A stretch of 64,000 bases of DNA, taken from NCBI RefSeq assembly GCF_964188315.1, contig NC_135667.1:20212001-20276000 (forward strand), in the 5' to 3' direction. Positions 12,576 to 24,170 of the stretch are shown one piece after another; position 1 is the first letter of the stretch; each line of letters starts with the position of its first letter. The stretch comes from Podarcis muralis. Lineage: Eukaryota. The notes under the pieces were generated by a model. It was not told the origin of the DNA and did not search any database. It saw only the letters and a list, made by a program, of their open reading frames with translations. Both the position numbers and the translations under genes were made by a program.

Positions 12576-12683
12576 CCTTTCTGCCAACGATCCAATGTCA
12601 CCTGAAGCCAATGGATCTGTCACCAAAGATGTCAACATCCCACACAAAGGACTAGGCAAATCAGCCTCCTCGCCAAACTGCTG
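12576..12683 (-). CDS. KASH5: KASH5 exon QQFGEEADLPSPLCGMLTSLVTDPLASGDIGSLAER
   Basis: ADLPSPLCG resembles mammalian ADLSNPLCG. AG and GTAAGT sites; phase 0 to 0. Confidence 0.85.
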
Positions 12684-13080
12684 CTGAAGACAGTACGGGA
12701 CTATCATCATTTTATAGCTGAATAAATCTTAAGCCTTTCTTCAACATACACTTCTGTGACACAGGTGCTGCTTTTCTCCAATACACAAAAGTGTAATATC
12801 TTGTTACTGGCAAAATGTTATTTTTCTCCCATTTAGCACAACAACAGCTACTACGAGTGTTGTCATTGTGTGAGTATCACAGGCGGTACTGGATAGTGCC
12901 TGCAACATCACTAGTGCTGAGCAACAACTCCCTTCAAACTAGATAAATGTGTAACCCTGTACAGCAAGCATCTACCCAAGACTCTGGGTTTGTCTGAGTT
13001 AAGTCTTGAGATCCTTTCCATTTATGGTGAGAGCAATAGTAAGACATTCCAAGAAGCAATACTCATTTGTGACAACTTAC

Positions 13081-13168
13081 TCTCTGTGATTCTTCAATTT
13101 CCATCCAGAGTGGCTGTGCAGGGGCCTGTGAGCAGGTCTTCACATTTTCTAGGAAATCTCCTGGCAGC
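13081..13168 (-). CDS. KASH5: KASH5 exon LPGDFLENVKTCSQAPAQPLWMEIEESQR
   Basis: Resembles LPEG...SLGLEIEAIRQ. Canonical sites; phase 2 to 0. Confidence 0.88.
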
Positions 13169-14684
13169 CTGCATCAAAAAGAATGTTAACAGTTCATTGT
13201 GTCAAACAGAACTGCAAACAATTAAAATGGGAGTTTACATGAACCTCCTTGGCTACTTAACCGAGGATCAACAACTTACCTTGTAATTAACAAAGCAAAA
13301 TTAACAATAAACATTAACATAAAAATAACAACATAAAAATTAACAACGCTATTAGTACTCTTCTACACTAGAATTTCCTCTGGAATTTTCATGCTTTGCT
13401 CACTTACAATTTATGGGTCATCTGCATGATGTTATCAAATCATTGTCCTCCTGGGTTCTCCCTATGGTGATTCTGTCTTTTGTTCAGACTATACTAGCAC
13501 AATCTCCACAGGGGTAGATCACCTTAGTACTATTCTTCTGTATTTTTCAAAAGCTGTACAGTGATATACCAGGTGGGTGTACCTATCATCATGTATCTAT
13601 TCTTTCACACACCTTCACTATTACCCTTTCCGGTCAGTGCTACTTTAATAGCATGCTTATTTTTAATTACTCTTTTAATTCACACTAAAACACCTTTTCA
13701 ACTATAGTTTGAAAAATATTATTAAAATATTTCTCCAGGACTGCTTGGTGTGTTTTAGTACAATTATTTTTAATGAATCTATAAAAACACATGCAGCCTT
13801 TCTGGTTGGAATCATTTCTTAATTGGTTAATTTGTGCCAAAACAGTTTTTTAGCTTAGCCTTCCTTTTTTTATATAAAAAAAAGTTGTTATAATCCCACA
13901 ATAGCACTGAAATAAAAACAAAACAAAACACTTTTTCCATTTACTATTGCAGCAGGAGATATGAGGTTTTATCAGTCAGTTATGAAAGATGGTAAGCTTG
14001 GATGCAACCCATTTTGTTTTTAAAAGACTTTCTGTTTGTATCTGTCAAAGACTGTTTAGGTCTGGATAACATTAGGATAGCGAGGTAGATTAGATCACCT
14101 TAATATATATTTTTCCAGCTCTGATTTTAAAAATCAAAATGACTCCTTTAATAGAAGTGCAAACCCCTGTCTCACTAAAGTGCAAAGCAAAATTATCCAT
14201 GTTCGTAACACACAGAGACCTGACCTCAGTGTCTCCCTAGCAAGTCAGAACAAATTATTTCAGATTCTTAGTGCAAGTCACAAAGAACTGGGTCACAGAA
14301 CATGATGTGCGTGCGTAAGAGAGAGAGATGGACAGGTCTCGGAGAGGACAAAACTAATTTCTCTTGAGACAGCAAATTAAGCTGCATCTGTTCCATTTCT
14401 TGAGCACTCCCAAGGTACAACTACCTGGGACCAAATAAATCATTCCCTAAGCATTCCAGCTCCCTGCTCAGCTGCTTTGTGGACTTGTTAAGTCTTTTTA
14501 AAAAAGAAGAAGAACAGAATGAGAGCAATAAGGATGATATGAACAACCTCATTTAGTCTTGGACAGATCATGCAACTATGAACTGTCCCCTCTGAGGAAA
14601 AAGCTGTCTGCTTTCACTGTCTGAATATCTGCCTCCAGGGGGCACTCAATTTTAACAGATTTACCAGAGCTTAATATTACACTA

Positions 14685-14909
14685 CAGTGGTACCTCGGGT
14701 TACATACGCTTCAGGTTACATACGCTTCAGGTTACACACTCTGCTAACCTAGAAATAGTGCTTCAGGTTAAGAACTTTGCTTCAGGATAGAAATCGGGCT
14801 CCGGCGGCACAGCGGCAGCAGGAGGCCCCATTAGCTAAAGTGGTGCTTCAGGTTAAGAACAGTTTCACGTTAAGTACGGACCTCCGTAAGTTAACCTGAG
14901 GTACCACTG
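14685..14909 (+). mobile_element. Tc1/mariner (Tigger-like) MITE
   Basis: TIRs cagtggtacctc / gaggtaccactg with TA TSD. Same family at 20276, 40296, 42666, 52208 and 54669. Confidence 0.85.
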
Positions 14910-15494
14910 TACTGAAAAAGTATTGAAAAATTACTATTAATAATATAAATAACAATTTTATTCATGCATTTAGTTAAAATTTGTATCCTGAACCATCACT
15001 AAACCTCAGGGTGAAGTACCACAATTAAAAACTAGCACTTCCAAATACAAGGGAATTAAACAATATATGCTAAAACCCCATATGCTTCAGAAGCTTAATT
15101 TTATGCAATTAAAATTAAATGAAAAGGTCTTGCTAACAATCCTCAAAACATAATAGCTTACTTAGGGGTATATTTTGAGAATATGATTCATACAGAATTC
15201 AAGCTAATCATAAACGGAGCATTTTGACAATTGCCAGTTAAAAGAATGAAATAATTAAATCATTTTGAAGTTGCTTTTGGGATATATATATTTTTTGGAA
15301 AATTCAAAAGCATTTCACTGTCCCGAAAGGATAATTCTTAATTTAACACAATAATGATTTTACAGGCAACTGTAACAAAAATCATAGAGCTATCCCTTGC
15401 TGGACACCACACCTTCCTTTATACTAGATACATCTTGGGCTTGCTGTATCCTAACCAGCCCCCAAAACACCTAGCTTATTCTGGCAACACTTAC

Positions 15495-15559
15495 ACATAT
15501 TGGTCCTGATAGGATTGGGACAGATGTTCTTGAAGTCTGCTAACCTCCAGTTTCAGTTC
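15495..15559 (-). CDS. KASH5: KASH5 exon ELKLEVSRLQEHLSQSYQDQY
   Basis: Resembles ELRLEISRLEEQLSQTY. AG and GTAAGT sites; phase 0 to 2. Confidence 0.92.
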
Positions 15560-15671
15560 CTAATGGAGATCACAAAGAGAACCTGATGCACAAGTATGGT
15601 AGCTACTATACTAGCACAAAGTAAAGTGGGGAAGTCTGTATGGGTCTACCTTGCAAGGTCCTGTGTTCAAT

Positions 15672-16975
15672 TCTATAAACTTTTCAATGTTTCTTTTTTA
15701 AATGTTTATTGAATTTTCAGTTTAACATTTCAAAATAAACAATTTACATAATACCATTTAATCAGTGGCTTCCCTCCTTCCCCTTCCATGCTTCATTTTG
15801 TTTGCCTATTATACCTGCATATTTTACTATAACCATTTTAGTCAGTTCTCCAATCGTACAATACTCGAATATTAGCTAACCTGTTGAATTTATCTTAATG
15901 CTGCCAGCGTTTTCGACTGTGTGCAATTATTTTCCATATACTCAACAAAAGATTTCCACTCCTCTTCTTGCTCTCTTATTCTATATGTTAGACCTGCTAG
16001 TTCCACAAATTCTATCATCTTAAATTGCCAGTGTTCCTTACAAGGGACCTCCCTCACTTTCCATTTTTGGGTTAATAATACATGAGCTGCTGTTGCAGCA
16101 TACATAATTTTTTCTGACACCTGGAAACTTCTATTTGAACTATTCCTAACAAGAATGCCTTTGATCTTTTTGGGAAAGTTGTTTTAAACGTTTTTTTCAT
16201 CTCATTGTAAATCATTTCCCAATACTCTTTAACCTTTTTACATGCCCACCACACATTTCCAACACGAATCTGATTCTACTTTATACATCTTAGCCAACCT
16301 ACTCAGAGTTAGATACCATCTATGGATCATTTTCATGTGATTCTCTTTCAATGTATAGCATATAGTAAATTTCAAACCATATCTTTTTTCCATTCTTTGA
16401 GGCAACTTAAATTATTAACAATCAGGATCATTTAGAATAATTTTAGGAAGTACAGTGGTACCTTGGTTCCCGAAGGGCTTAGTTGCCGAACAAATCGGCT
16501 CCCAAATGCCACAAACCCAGAAGTGTTCCAATTTGCAAATGTTTTTTGGAAGCCAAACATCCAACACGGCTTCTGCTTGAGTGCAGGAAGCTCTTGCAGC
16601 CATTGGAAGCTGCGCCTTGGTTTTCAAATGGATTCAGGAGTCTGTTTGACGAATGAAGTTTGAGAACCAAGGTACCACTGTATATTAATTTTGATTGATG
16701 AAATTTAACCTAGTAGGGAAAGCGTCATCCTTTACCATATTGCCAACTCTTTTTAAATCTCCTTCCACAGTTTAATATAATTATCTTGAAATAAGTTGAG
16801 ATTTCTCATGGTCAGCCAAATCCCCAAATTTCTCGACTGCTCATCCATGTTTTTGACTAACATCTTGGTCTTTTCTGTGTCTATTTTAAAAACCCGCCAC
16901 TTCTCCAAAACATTTAATTTGCTCTAATGCCCTGGGAACACTTATGTTCAGTTTCATATATATATCTAGATTCCT
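15672..16975 (-). mobile_element. Degenerate 3' fragment of L1 ORF2, interrupted by a MITE
   Basis: HVWWACKKVKEYWEMIYNEMKK and AHVLLTQKWK...ELAGLT are typical of the L1 ORF2 C-terminus. T-rich tail remnant at the left end. Confidence 0.8.
16453..16680. mobile_element. Tc1/mariner MITE nested in L1 (related copy at 61858-62074)
   Basis: cagtggtacc...ggtaccactg TIRs with TA TSD. Confidence 0.8.
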
Positions 16976-16991
16976 CCTAGTCCCACATTAC

Positions 16992-17051
16992 CTGTACTAC
17001 CATTCTGTATTCATTCAAGGTGACTGTTAGTTCTTCAGCGTGTTTTGTTTT
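16992..17051 (-). CDS. KASH5: KASH5 exon KTKHAEELTVTLNEYRMVVQ
   Basis: Same 20-aa length as, and similar to, RTRDVESLAQTLEEYRVTTQ. Canonical sites. Confidence 0.92.
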
Positions 17052-17866
17052 CTGTAAACGCAAAACATAATCAAACATAATAAAAACCAAACAAACAAAA
17101 AAGTAACTCAACCTCATCTCAAAACAAACCATAATCTTACAGAACCTCTGTCACCAAACTAATTTTTCAAAATATGGATGGTTTCTTTTCCGAACCAAGT
17201 TATGTCTAGCGATGAGGTTGCAGTGACACCTAGTGATCCCTGAATACAGAGGCAAGCCAAAGCTGTAAAAAATGTCAGAGGAAGGATGCATATAATACTT
17301 CAAAGATTATCAAGTCATACAAATAAGACCATAATGTTTAATCAATTATAACTTTAAAACTATTGTTTTTACCCGTGTGGAACTATAATCAACCAAATAA
17401 AAGTTGTGCAACTAATCACAATTAATCAACTAAGATTTGTTTAATTAGGTAGCAATGTAATATACAAACTAGCAACTTATCATGATGTCATGTACTCATT
17501 CAGATAGCTTCTTTCCCAATGGAAATAGAGGGGAAATGTCTTCATGACACAGGTGGATGCTGCAAATGACTCCCTGTTCATACCACTGGAAACTACTACT
17601 CAGTTCATGGACTCACCAGTGTACAAAATTGTTCAATGGGTAACCTGTAATTAAACCCAGTGTGTTGACAGGATAGCAAAAACTCTTTTCTTCCATGCAA
17701 AGAGGTGTACAACTTGAAAATTCACCACATTACGAACAAAATGTCGTGCTACTATCACCTACAGTATCACTGAACCCAGGAAAACAGATACTCCCAGACG
17801 CTCACCTCCATCATAGCACCTTAATTTCAGACTTCCAATTTGTCATTTTTCCTATATATACCTCAC

Positions 17867-17923
17867 CTCATTTAGGGCAGCATCTTTGCAGGAGATAAGG
17901 TTTTCATATTCAGAGATCTGAGA
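17867..17923 (-). CDS. KASH5: KASH5 exon SQISEYENLISCKDAALNE
   Basis: Similar to RQLFECEHLICQRDTILSE (19 aa). AG and GTGAGG sites. Confidence 0.92.
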
Positions 17924-18036
17924 CTGCAAGAAGAAAGCAGAATACAAATAGATGCCCTCAAGTTATAGTCACAAATCCATACTACAAAAACAGCAGTCAT
18001 CTGACAAACTAGTTGAACATGGATATTTTTAAGTAC

Positions 18037-18114
18037 CTTCATTTTAGCCTTCTTTGTAAACAGGTCTTTGATTTTACATTTTGAGCTTTCTTTCTCCAGA
18101 AGCAGTTTCTTGTT
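18037..18114 (-). CDS. KASH5: KASH5 exon NKKLLLEKESSKCKIKDLFTKKAKMK
   Basis: Similar to NGKLLAERDGVKKRSQELAMEKDTLK (26 aa). Canonical sites. Confidence 0.9.
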
Positions 18115-18465
18115 CTAGAAGACAAATGCAACAGACTTTTAACATTACTATCTCCCATGTGCTGAATCAGTTTGCTATTACACAGCCTCTGGTTTTTTTT
18201 TAGATTAATAAGGAAGATATCCATTCTGAAGGGATCTCATGGTGTGTGTATATGTGTGATGATTTCCTGCAGGAGGATATGTAGTTTCTTGTATGGAATT
18301 TCATTATGCATGCAGTGACTTGTATGTAATGGATGCTTATTCTCCATTGTGCGGTTGACAGCTGAGATTTCACCTGTATTGTAATGCCACAAGTGCAAAC
18401 AGCAGCAGCCTGCACTCAACCACATGCCTCATTTTCTTACATTTGTGTTATCCTACAGCTGACAT

Positions 18466-18826
18466 AAGGGACACGGGTGGCGCTGTGGGTAAAACCTCAG
18501 TGCCTAGGACTTGCTGATCATAAAGTCGGCGGTTCGAATCCCCCCGGCGGGGTGAGCTCGCGTTCAGTCCCAGCTCCTGTCAACCTAGCAGTTCGAAAGC
18601 ACCCCTAGGTGCAAGTAGATAAATAGGGACCGCTTTATAGCGGGAAGGTAAACGGCATTTCCGTGTGCGGCGCTGGTGCTGGCTCGCCAGATGCCGCTTC
18701 GTCACGCTGGCTACGTGACCCGGAAGTGTCTTCGGACAGCGCCGGCTCATGGTCTCTTGAGCGAGATGAGCGCGCAACCCTAGAGTCGGTCACGACTGGC
18801 CGGTACGGGCAGGGGTACCTTTACCT
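18466..18826 (-). mobile_element. Sauria SINE
   Basis: Reverse complement of the aaaggtaaagg...ggattcgaaccgccgacctt head and tail. 12-bp TSD tacagctgacat at 18454-18465 and 18827-18838. Confidence 0.9.
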
Positions 18827-18871
18827 TACAGCTGACATGGCTTTTTTAAAGTCCCCATTGCCCCTGCTCAC

Positions 18872-18922
18872 CATCTCCTGCACTTTATCCAATTGAACAG
18901 AAAGGAACTGCTGCTCTTTTAC
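18872..18922 (-). CDS. KASH5: KASH5 exon VKEQQFLSVQLDKVQEM
   Basis: Similar to EKEQQHLVAEMETLQEE (17 aa). AG and GTGAGC sites. Confidence 0.9.
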
Positions 18923-19325
18923 CTAAAGTTTGGAAGGGAATGTTACAATTTGATTAGCCTGTATGAGGATCCAGAATTCCAATATAACATTTTCCAGCAA
19001 AAGGATAATCTGAAGTGGTTTGTGAAAGCGTCTTGTGCAGATATATTATCCAAACAGGCATAAACAGTAGTTTCTAAAAAGCCAGCTGTCACAAGTTCAT
19101 CTAACAAGCTTTATAGAATTATCCACATGCACAACACATTTGCATGTGTATTCAACTACATTAACTCCTTTCTTCTCTGTTTCAGAAGAACTGGCTGAGA
19201 TAAAAACCCAAACTCTCCAACCCAAAATCCAAAATGTCATTTGAATAACTCAAAAAAATTGAGACAACAGTGTGTAAGCTTTACAAAACAGAAAAGTTTA
19301 CCAGAAACTAAACTGAAGCACCTAC

Positions 19326-19443
19326 CAGCTGTCGGGCTTGTGTGTGCAATTTACTATTTTCTTCTTCCAGACTTTTTGAGAAAACCTTCAGATCCTCTAA
19401 TTCATTTGCCATGACCCTAGCTTGTTCCAAGGCTGGCTGGGTG
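19326..19443 (-). CDS. KASH5: KASH5 exon TQPALEQARVMANELEDLKVFSKSLEEENSKLHTQARQL
   Basis: Strong similarity to TQQALQFAKAMDEELEDLKTLARSLEEQNRSLLAQARQA. Phase 2 to 0. Confidence 0.95.
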
Positions 19444-19863
19444 CTGTAATAAAGAAGGGTGGTTGTTTAGTTATAATGATCTGAATTCTACCTCCAAACT
19501 TCACTATCATCAAGCTATGTGAGAAAGATCCAAGAACTGGAGACGAAACAGGGGGTTGAAAAGTAAAAGAAAAGCTTAATCCAAACCCAAACATAAGTTG
19601 AGTAGGTAGCACTGTACTCAGAAGGGAAGGAAATAGGGAATGGTATTGAAGGTAAGGAAATACATGCACATCAGAGGGTACAGTGTCAGATTACAATAAC
19701 TCCTTTCAGCACAACCAATGGCCCCTCAATGTTCCATAGATTCAACGAAGCTCTTGCCCCACTTCCTACAGCCCTGTCTTCATTACTGACTAAATCTTCT
19801 ACTATTTGCCTTCTTGTATTAGTCATGATTAATGATACCAGGTCAAGCACTTCCAACATTTAC

Positions 19864-20025
19864 CCTTTCAGCTTCCCCTTCAGGTCACAGATCTCCTCAG
19901 AGAGTCTTGAGTTGAGCTCTTCTGCAGCCTCAATAGTCTTTTGCAGCTTGGTGTTCTGCACTGCTAGCTGCTTGTTGCCATGTTGCAGATCTTGGATGCT
20001 GTTTGTTAGGTCTACAGCATCTTCC
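19864..20025 (-). CDS. KASH5: KASH5 exon EDAVDLTNSIQDLQHGNKQLAVQNTKLQKTIEAAEELNSRLSEEICDLKGKLK
   Basis: Similar to ADLLSSLEDLELSNRRLVGENAKLQRSMETAEE. Phase 2 to 2. Confidence 0.95.
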
Positions 20026-20275
20026 CTTTTGGAAAAAAGCAGGTGGGAAAATAAGCCAGAATTATATTTTCCCTTTGTTTACATCATGGATAAATTTACA
20101 TCAAATCCTGTTTTTCCTTCCTCTGCAGGTGATCAGAAGAAGGTGGATAGCCTTCACCAAGACTGTTCTTTAAAGAGGAAGAAAGAAAATAATCCAAAGT
20201 AAAAAACGTTTTGCATATCTATTTATATTAGGCCTCACAGAACTCTTGGAAGGCAGGAAAGATAAAATTATTATA

Positions 20276-20501
20276 CAGTGGTACCTCAGGTTAAGTACTT
20301 AATTCGTTCCGGAGGTCTGTTCTTAACCTGAAACTGTTCTTAACCTGAAGCACCACTTTAGCTAATGGGGCCTCCCGCTGCCTCCGCCCCGCGGCCACAC
20401 GATTTCTGTTCTCATCCTGAAGCAAAGTTCTTAACCTGAAACACTATTTCTGGGTTAGCGGAGTCTGTAACCTGAAGCGTATGTAACCCAAGGTACCACT
20501 G
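20276..20501 (-). mobile_element. Tc1/mariner MITE (inverted relative to the 14685 copy)
   Basis: TIRs plus TA TSD. Confidence 0.85.
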
Positions 20502-20776
20502 TATTAGTGAAGCTGGAGATTAATCTGAAAAGCACAACATGTACAGCAACATTCCCTAAACCTGTGTCTCCCCAAAATACAACTCCATTCAGCTTCAACC
20601 AGCATTGCTAGTGGTCAGGGATGATGGGAATTGTAGACAAAAATATTTGGGAAGTCACCACCAGGGCAAGGCTGATGTAGAGTCTCAATTTGTTTAAATG
20701 TTACTATTATGCTTTCTTAAAAGTTGAGAAAGTCACAGATTCATGTATCTTCTCCATCCTCCATGCATGCATGCAT

Positions 20777-20815
<39 letters not shown>
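20777..20815. repeat. (GCAA)n microsatellite
   Basis: Visible tandem repeat. Confidence 0.95.
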
Positions 20816-20904
20816 CCATTAGAGTTCAAGCACAAATTCCAGCCAGGCAAAAATACATTGGGCGGGAGAGGAGCATGGCTCCAGAAGGTGTATGGCCTGG
20901 GGAG

Positions 20905-20910
<6 letters not shown>

Positions 20911-20946
<36 letters not shown>

Positions 20947-22211
20947 TTATTTACGAAGAAATACACAGTTTACATATTACAGACATATACATATACGTAT
21001 ACAAATACATGTTACAAACATATACATATACAAATAAAGAAAAAAGAAAAAGAAAAACAGAAACAAAAAATAGAAGAAACAAACAAGACATATACAGTTA
21101 CGAATAACAAAAACTTCAGTCCAGCTTAGTCTTGGAATTATCAATTCTTATATTATTTCTACAGTATTTCTAAAACAGTCTACTTCGATGATATTAATTA
21201 TCGTCTACTGATAAATTATTTATTCCCTGGATCGACTCAAAATAAATTAAAAATTTGTTCCATTCATCTTTATGTTTAACTGTATTGTTTGGACTTATTT
21301 TCCGTGTTAATCTCGCTAATTCAATATATTGATATAGCCTTATTTGCCAATCTCCGATTGTGGGTAGGTCCGGGGTTTTCCATTTTTGGGCGATTTGGAT
21401 TCTTGCCGCGGCCATAGCATACTGAACAAAGGTTTGATCTATTCTCTTTATTTCTTTTCCAATCATGCCTAACAGAAACAGCTCGGGATTCTTGGGAAAA
21501 TTATACTTCAAAATTTTTTTCAGTTCCTCGTAGATTTGTGTCCAGAATTCCTTCACTATTTCGCAAGTCCACCAAGTATGAAAAAAAGTCCCGACCTTGT
21601 CCCTGCATCTCCAACATATATTATCCACACTTTTATACATCTTTGCTAGCTTTGCCGGAGTTAAATACCAGCGATATGCCATTTTCTCTAGGTTTTCACG
21701 AAGGGCTACACAGGCTGTGAATTTTACACCTTTCATCCAGAGTGTCTGCCACTTATTATACTCTATATTATAACCAAGATCTTTTTCCCATTTTAACATC
21801 GCTCCCTTCACCAGATCTTCTTTGGTGTCCCACTCTAATAATTGTTTATACATTTTCGACAGGATTTTGTCATTGCTTTCCAGAATTTCTACCTGATACC
21901 TTGATTTTTTCTCACTCATCCCCACTCTCTTATGTTCCCCCCATAAGGCATTGATCTGGTGAAAACGTAACCATTCTTTTATTTTATTTTTCAATTCCTC
22001 ATAGGGCTTCAACTTCCATCCTTCCTCAGTCTTCACCAGAAGGTCCTCATATGTGTATCTTTCCTCATTCATATTAATTTTCTTTATTTCAGTTATTTCC
22101 GTTGGGGAGAGCCACCATGGAATACCTCTTTCAATCAGATTTCTATACCTCTTCCACACTTCTAGTAGTGGGCCTCTAATTATATGACTGGAAAAGCCTC
22201 TGTGAGTCTCC
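20911..22211 (-). mobile_element. Young 5'-truncated L1 with an open ORF2 C-terminus, 33-nt poly(A) and 17-bp TSD
   Basis: Stop-free frame from about 22210 to 21194 (CWRC...HTWWTC zinc-knuckle region). T33 at 20911-20943. TSD ggcctggggagagttct at 20894-20910 and 22212-22228. Confidence 0.95.
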
Positions 22212-22428
22212 GGCCTGGGGAGAGTTCTGAGGGCCAGATAAGGAGGCCTGCATCTGGCACCCAGGCCTGAGGTTTTCCATCCCTACTCTAACTACTCATC
22301 ATCTTAAAAGAAAATTCACCATGCCTCAGGTTCCCTTAGAATACTAACAATACAGACATCTCTCAGGGAATTTAATATTGAAACCAAGGCCATGTGTAAG
22401 GCAATATCTGACTACTACAATTACTAAC

Positions 22429-22609
22429 CCCTCTTGTCGACAGTCTGAGATCCAATCTTTCATAACTGCACAGAAGGTAGAAAAATCAACAGCAATCCCT
22501 CTCTCTTGAGGGTCCAACCTCTTATATAGAGACCGAAACCTCCAGTCTTCACAGTTCTGCCCTGTCATCTCCTGCAAGTATTCAATGATTCGGAAGACAG
22601 ACACCTCTC
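22429..22609 (-). CDS. KASH5: KASH5 exon (EF-hand-like) GEVSVFRIIEYLQEMTG...LDPQERGIAVDFSTFCAVMKDWISDCRQE
   Basis: Similar to GTVAVAQVLAYLEAVTG...VDLDTFLVVMRDWIAACQ. Phase 1 to 2. Confidence 0.95.
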
Positions 22610-23464
22610 CTATAACCAGAATACAGGTAGACAGAATTACACAGGTAGGTAAAAAACTCAAATATAAAAATTGCATAGAACAATAAATCTGGATTTAGTT
22701 GTCTCTGCTATCTACCAATGCAAGCTATTATGATACGTTTTATATGTCTTTGTTTCTCCAGTTTAGAAAAAAATGAGGCATTTGTAACTGATAAAATCGT
22801 CAGTCATAAATATATGAACTGTATATATAAACTACACATATCTGTATTGTTTTAAAATACCCCAGAGCAGTAGCTCACAAAGCAATTTTGCTTGGTGTGA
22901 AAAGTAATGTGAATTTATATTTAATTTTTAATCCATTGGCTTCTAGTCTCCATGATTAAAGAAAATGAGTGATGTATCAGGAACCAACTTTCAAGAAAAA
23001 TAGGATTTTTAAAGGAATAGTAGCTTTGTACCACTGCTTCCCTTTCCCACCCACTTCCTTCTTATTATTACCTTTTTCTTGTCTTTTCTTCTCTTTCTAT
23101 TATACCTTAAGTAAAATAAATTTATGTAACTTTGAAGTACTGGGAAGGGTCCTGGATAATGTCTATCAATGAATTATTTTTATTTATTTTTTGCACATCC
23201 TAGTCAATAAAACTTTGTCTAAGAAGAAGAAAGTATTCCATCTTTCTGCTAGGACTTATTGTCATTAAAGTTGACCTGGAATTGTGTACTTCTTCAATAC
23301 AGTCATGTTAGGTTCACTGACAAAATGACATATAGCCAAGAGTCTATAATATATAACCTGATGCTAAACTATTCTGAAAGGTATTTGCACATCTTAACAA
23401 AAAACTGATCTCCCAGCAGTTTTGAAGACTGATAGTTTTCAACTGATATTAAAAAACTTTCTAC

Positions 23465-23581
23465 CTGTTTGTTCTGGATCACAGGCCTTGAATGTGCATT
23501 TCAGAACATGTTCTTCAGAGCACTGGCCTGCATTCAGGATGATATTCTTGCTGCTGACGCCAATGCTGTCCTGTGGCATTG
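23465..23581 (-). CDS. KASH5: KASH5 exon MPQDSIGVSSKNIILNAGQCSEEHVLKCTFKACDPEQT
   Basis: SEEHVLKCTFKACDP resembles SLEEQILNSTFEACDP. Phase 1 to 1. Confidence 0.92.
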
Positions 23582-24094
23582 CTAAGGAACATTAGGAAGT
23601 AATATTTATATAAATGATATTTTTTTCCTAAGCCTAGATTATCTGCAGACCAGGTCAACCTTCTGGGGCTGTTATGAAATGTATTTACAATCCCATTACT
23701 GAGGTGAGGGCATCTCAATCTGCTTGATAAAACCTTGGTAAATCAGCTGGGGGGGGAACTATGGTGGAAATCATATGAACTGCATGCATCTTGATTTGTC
23801 TGCAGGGAGATTTATTATGTTACCTCAAAGCAAGTGTTAATTCAAACTTTCCAGTGCATTTCCCCATCACTTTCCTTTTCATTAAAAGTTTGATCTTTTG
23901 GGGAAGCAGGTTTGTTCCTCCTTATTAATTATAACTGTGTGACCTGAATTTGCTGATATGTGACTGAATCCCAACCAAAAATGGCAACAGTCTGGAAGCG
24001 CCCTGAGGAAGGGGAAATGGTTCTAGGAGCAGATGTTTCTGACGCAGTTACAATACTGTTACATGACTGGCAGCTAGGAATGACCAATGCCTAC

Positions 24095-24170
24095 TTTCTC
24101 TCGACAAGAATGCAGTTAACTGTCCAACTGCTTCATTTTCAAGTGACTTGTAATAAATATCCTCCATCAT
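24095..24170 (-). CDS. KASH5: Probable first coding exon of KASH5 (MMEDIYYKSLENEAVGQLTAFLSRE); whole exon 24095-24264
   Basis: Strong acceptor ttcttgttttgcttgttgcag at 24265. ATG at 24170. Phase-1 donor gtaggc fits the next exon. Confidence 0.65.

Larger units (their letters stand above)
3450..24170 (-). other. KASH5: KASH5/CCDC155 gene span (meiotic outer nuclear membrane LINC protein)
   Basis: Collinear exons match mammalian KASH5: EF-hand-like N-terminus, coiled coil, DLPSPLCG motif, TM plus KASH peptide. Lies next to DKKL1 and TEAD2, as in mammals. AATAAA on the minus strand at 3361-3366. Confidence 0.93.

Noticed and set aside
19729-20202. 157-aa plus-strand ORF
   Set aside because: Antisense shadow of a KASH5 coiled-coil exon.
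20690-21129. ORFs with ASKQ repeats and poly-Phe; likewise poly-Asn, poly-Cys and YI-repeat ORFs at 28.6-28.9, 36.6-36.9 and 60.9-61.2 kb
   Set aside because: Translations of microsatellites and the L1 poly(A) tail.
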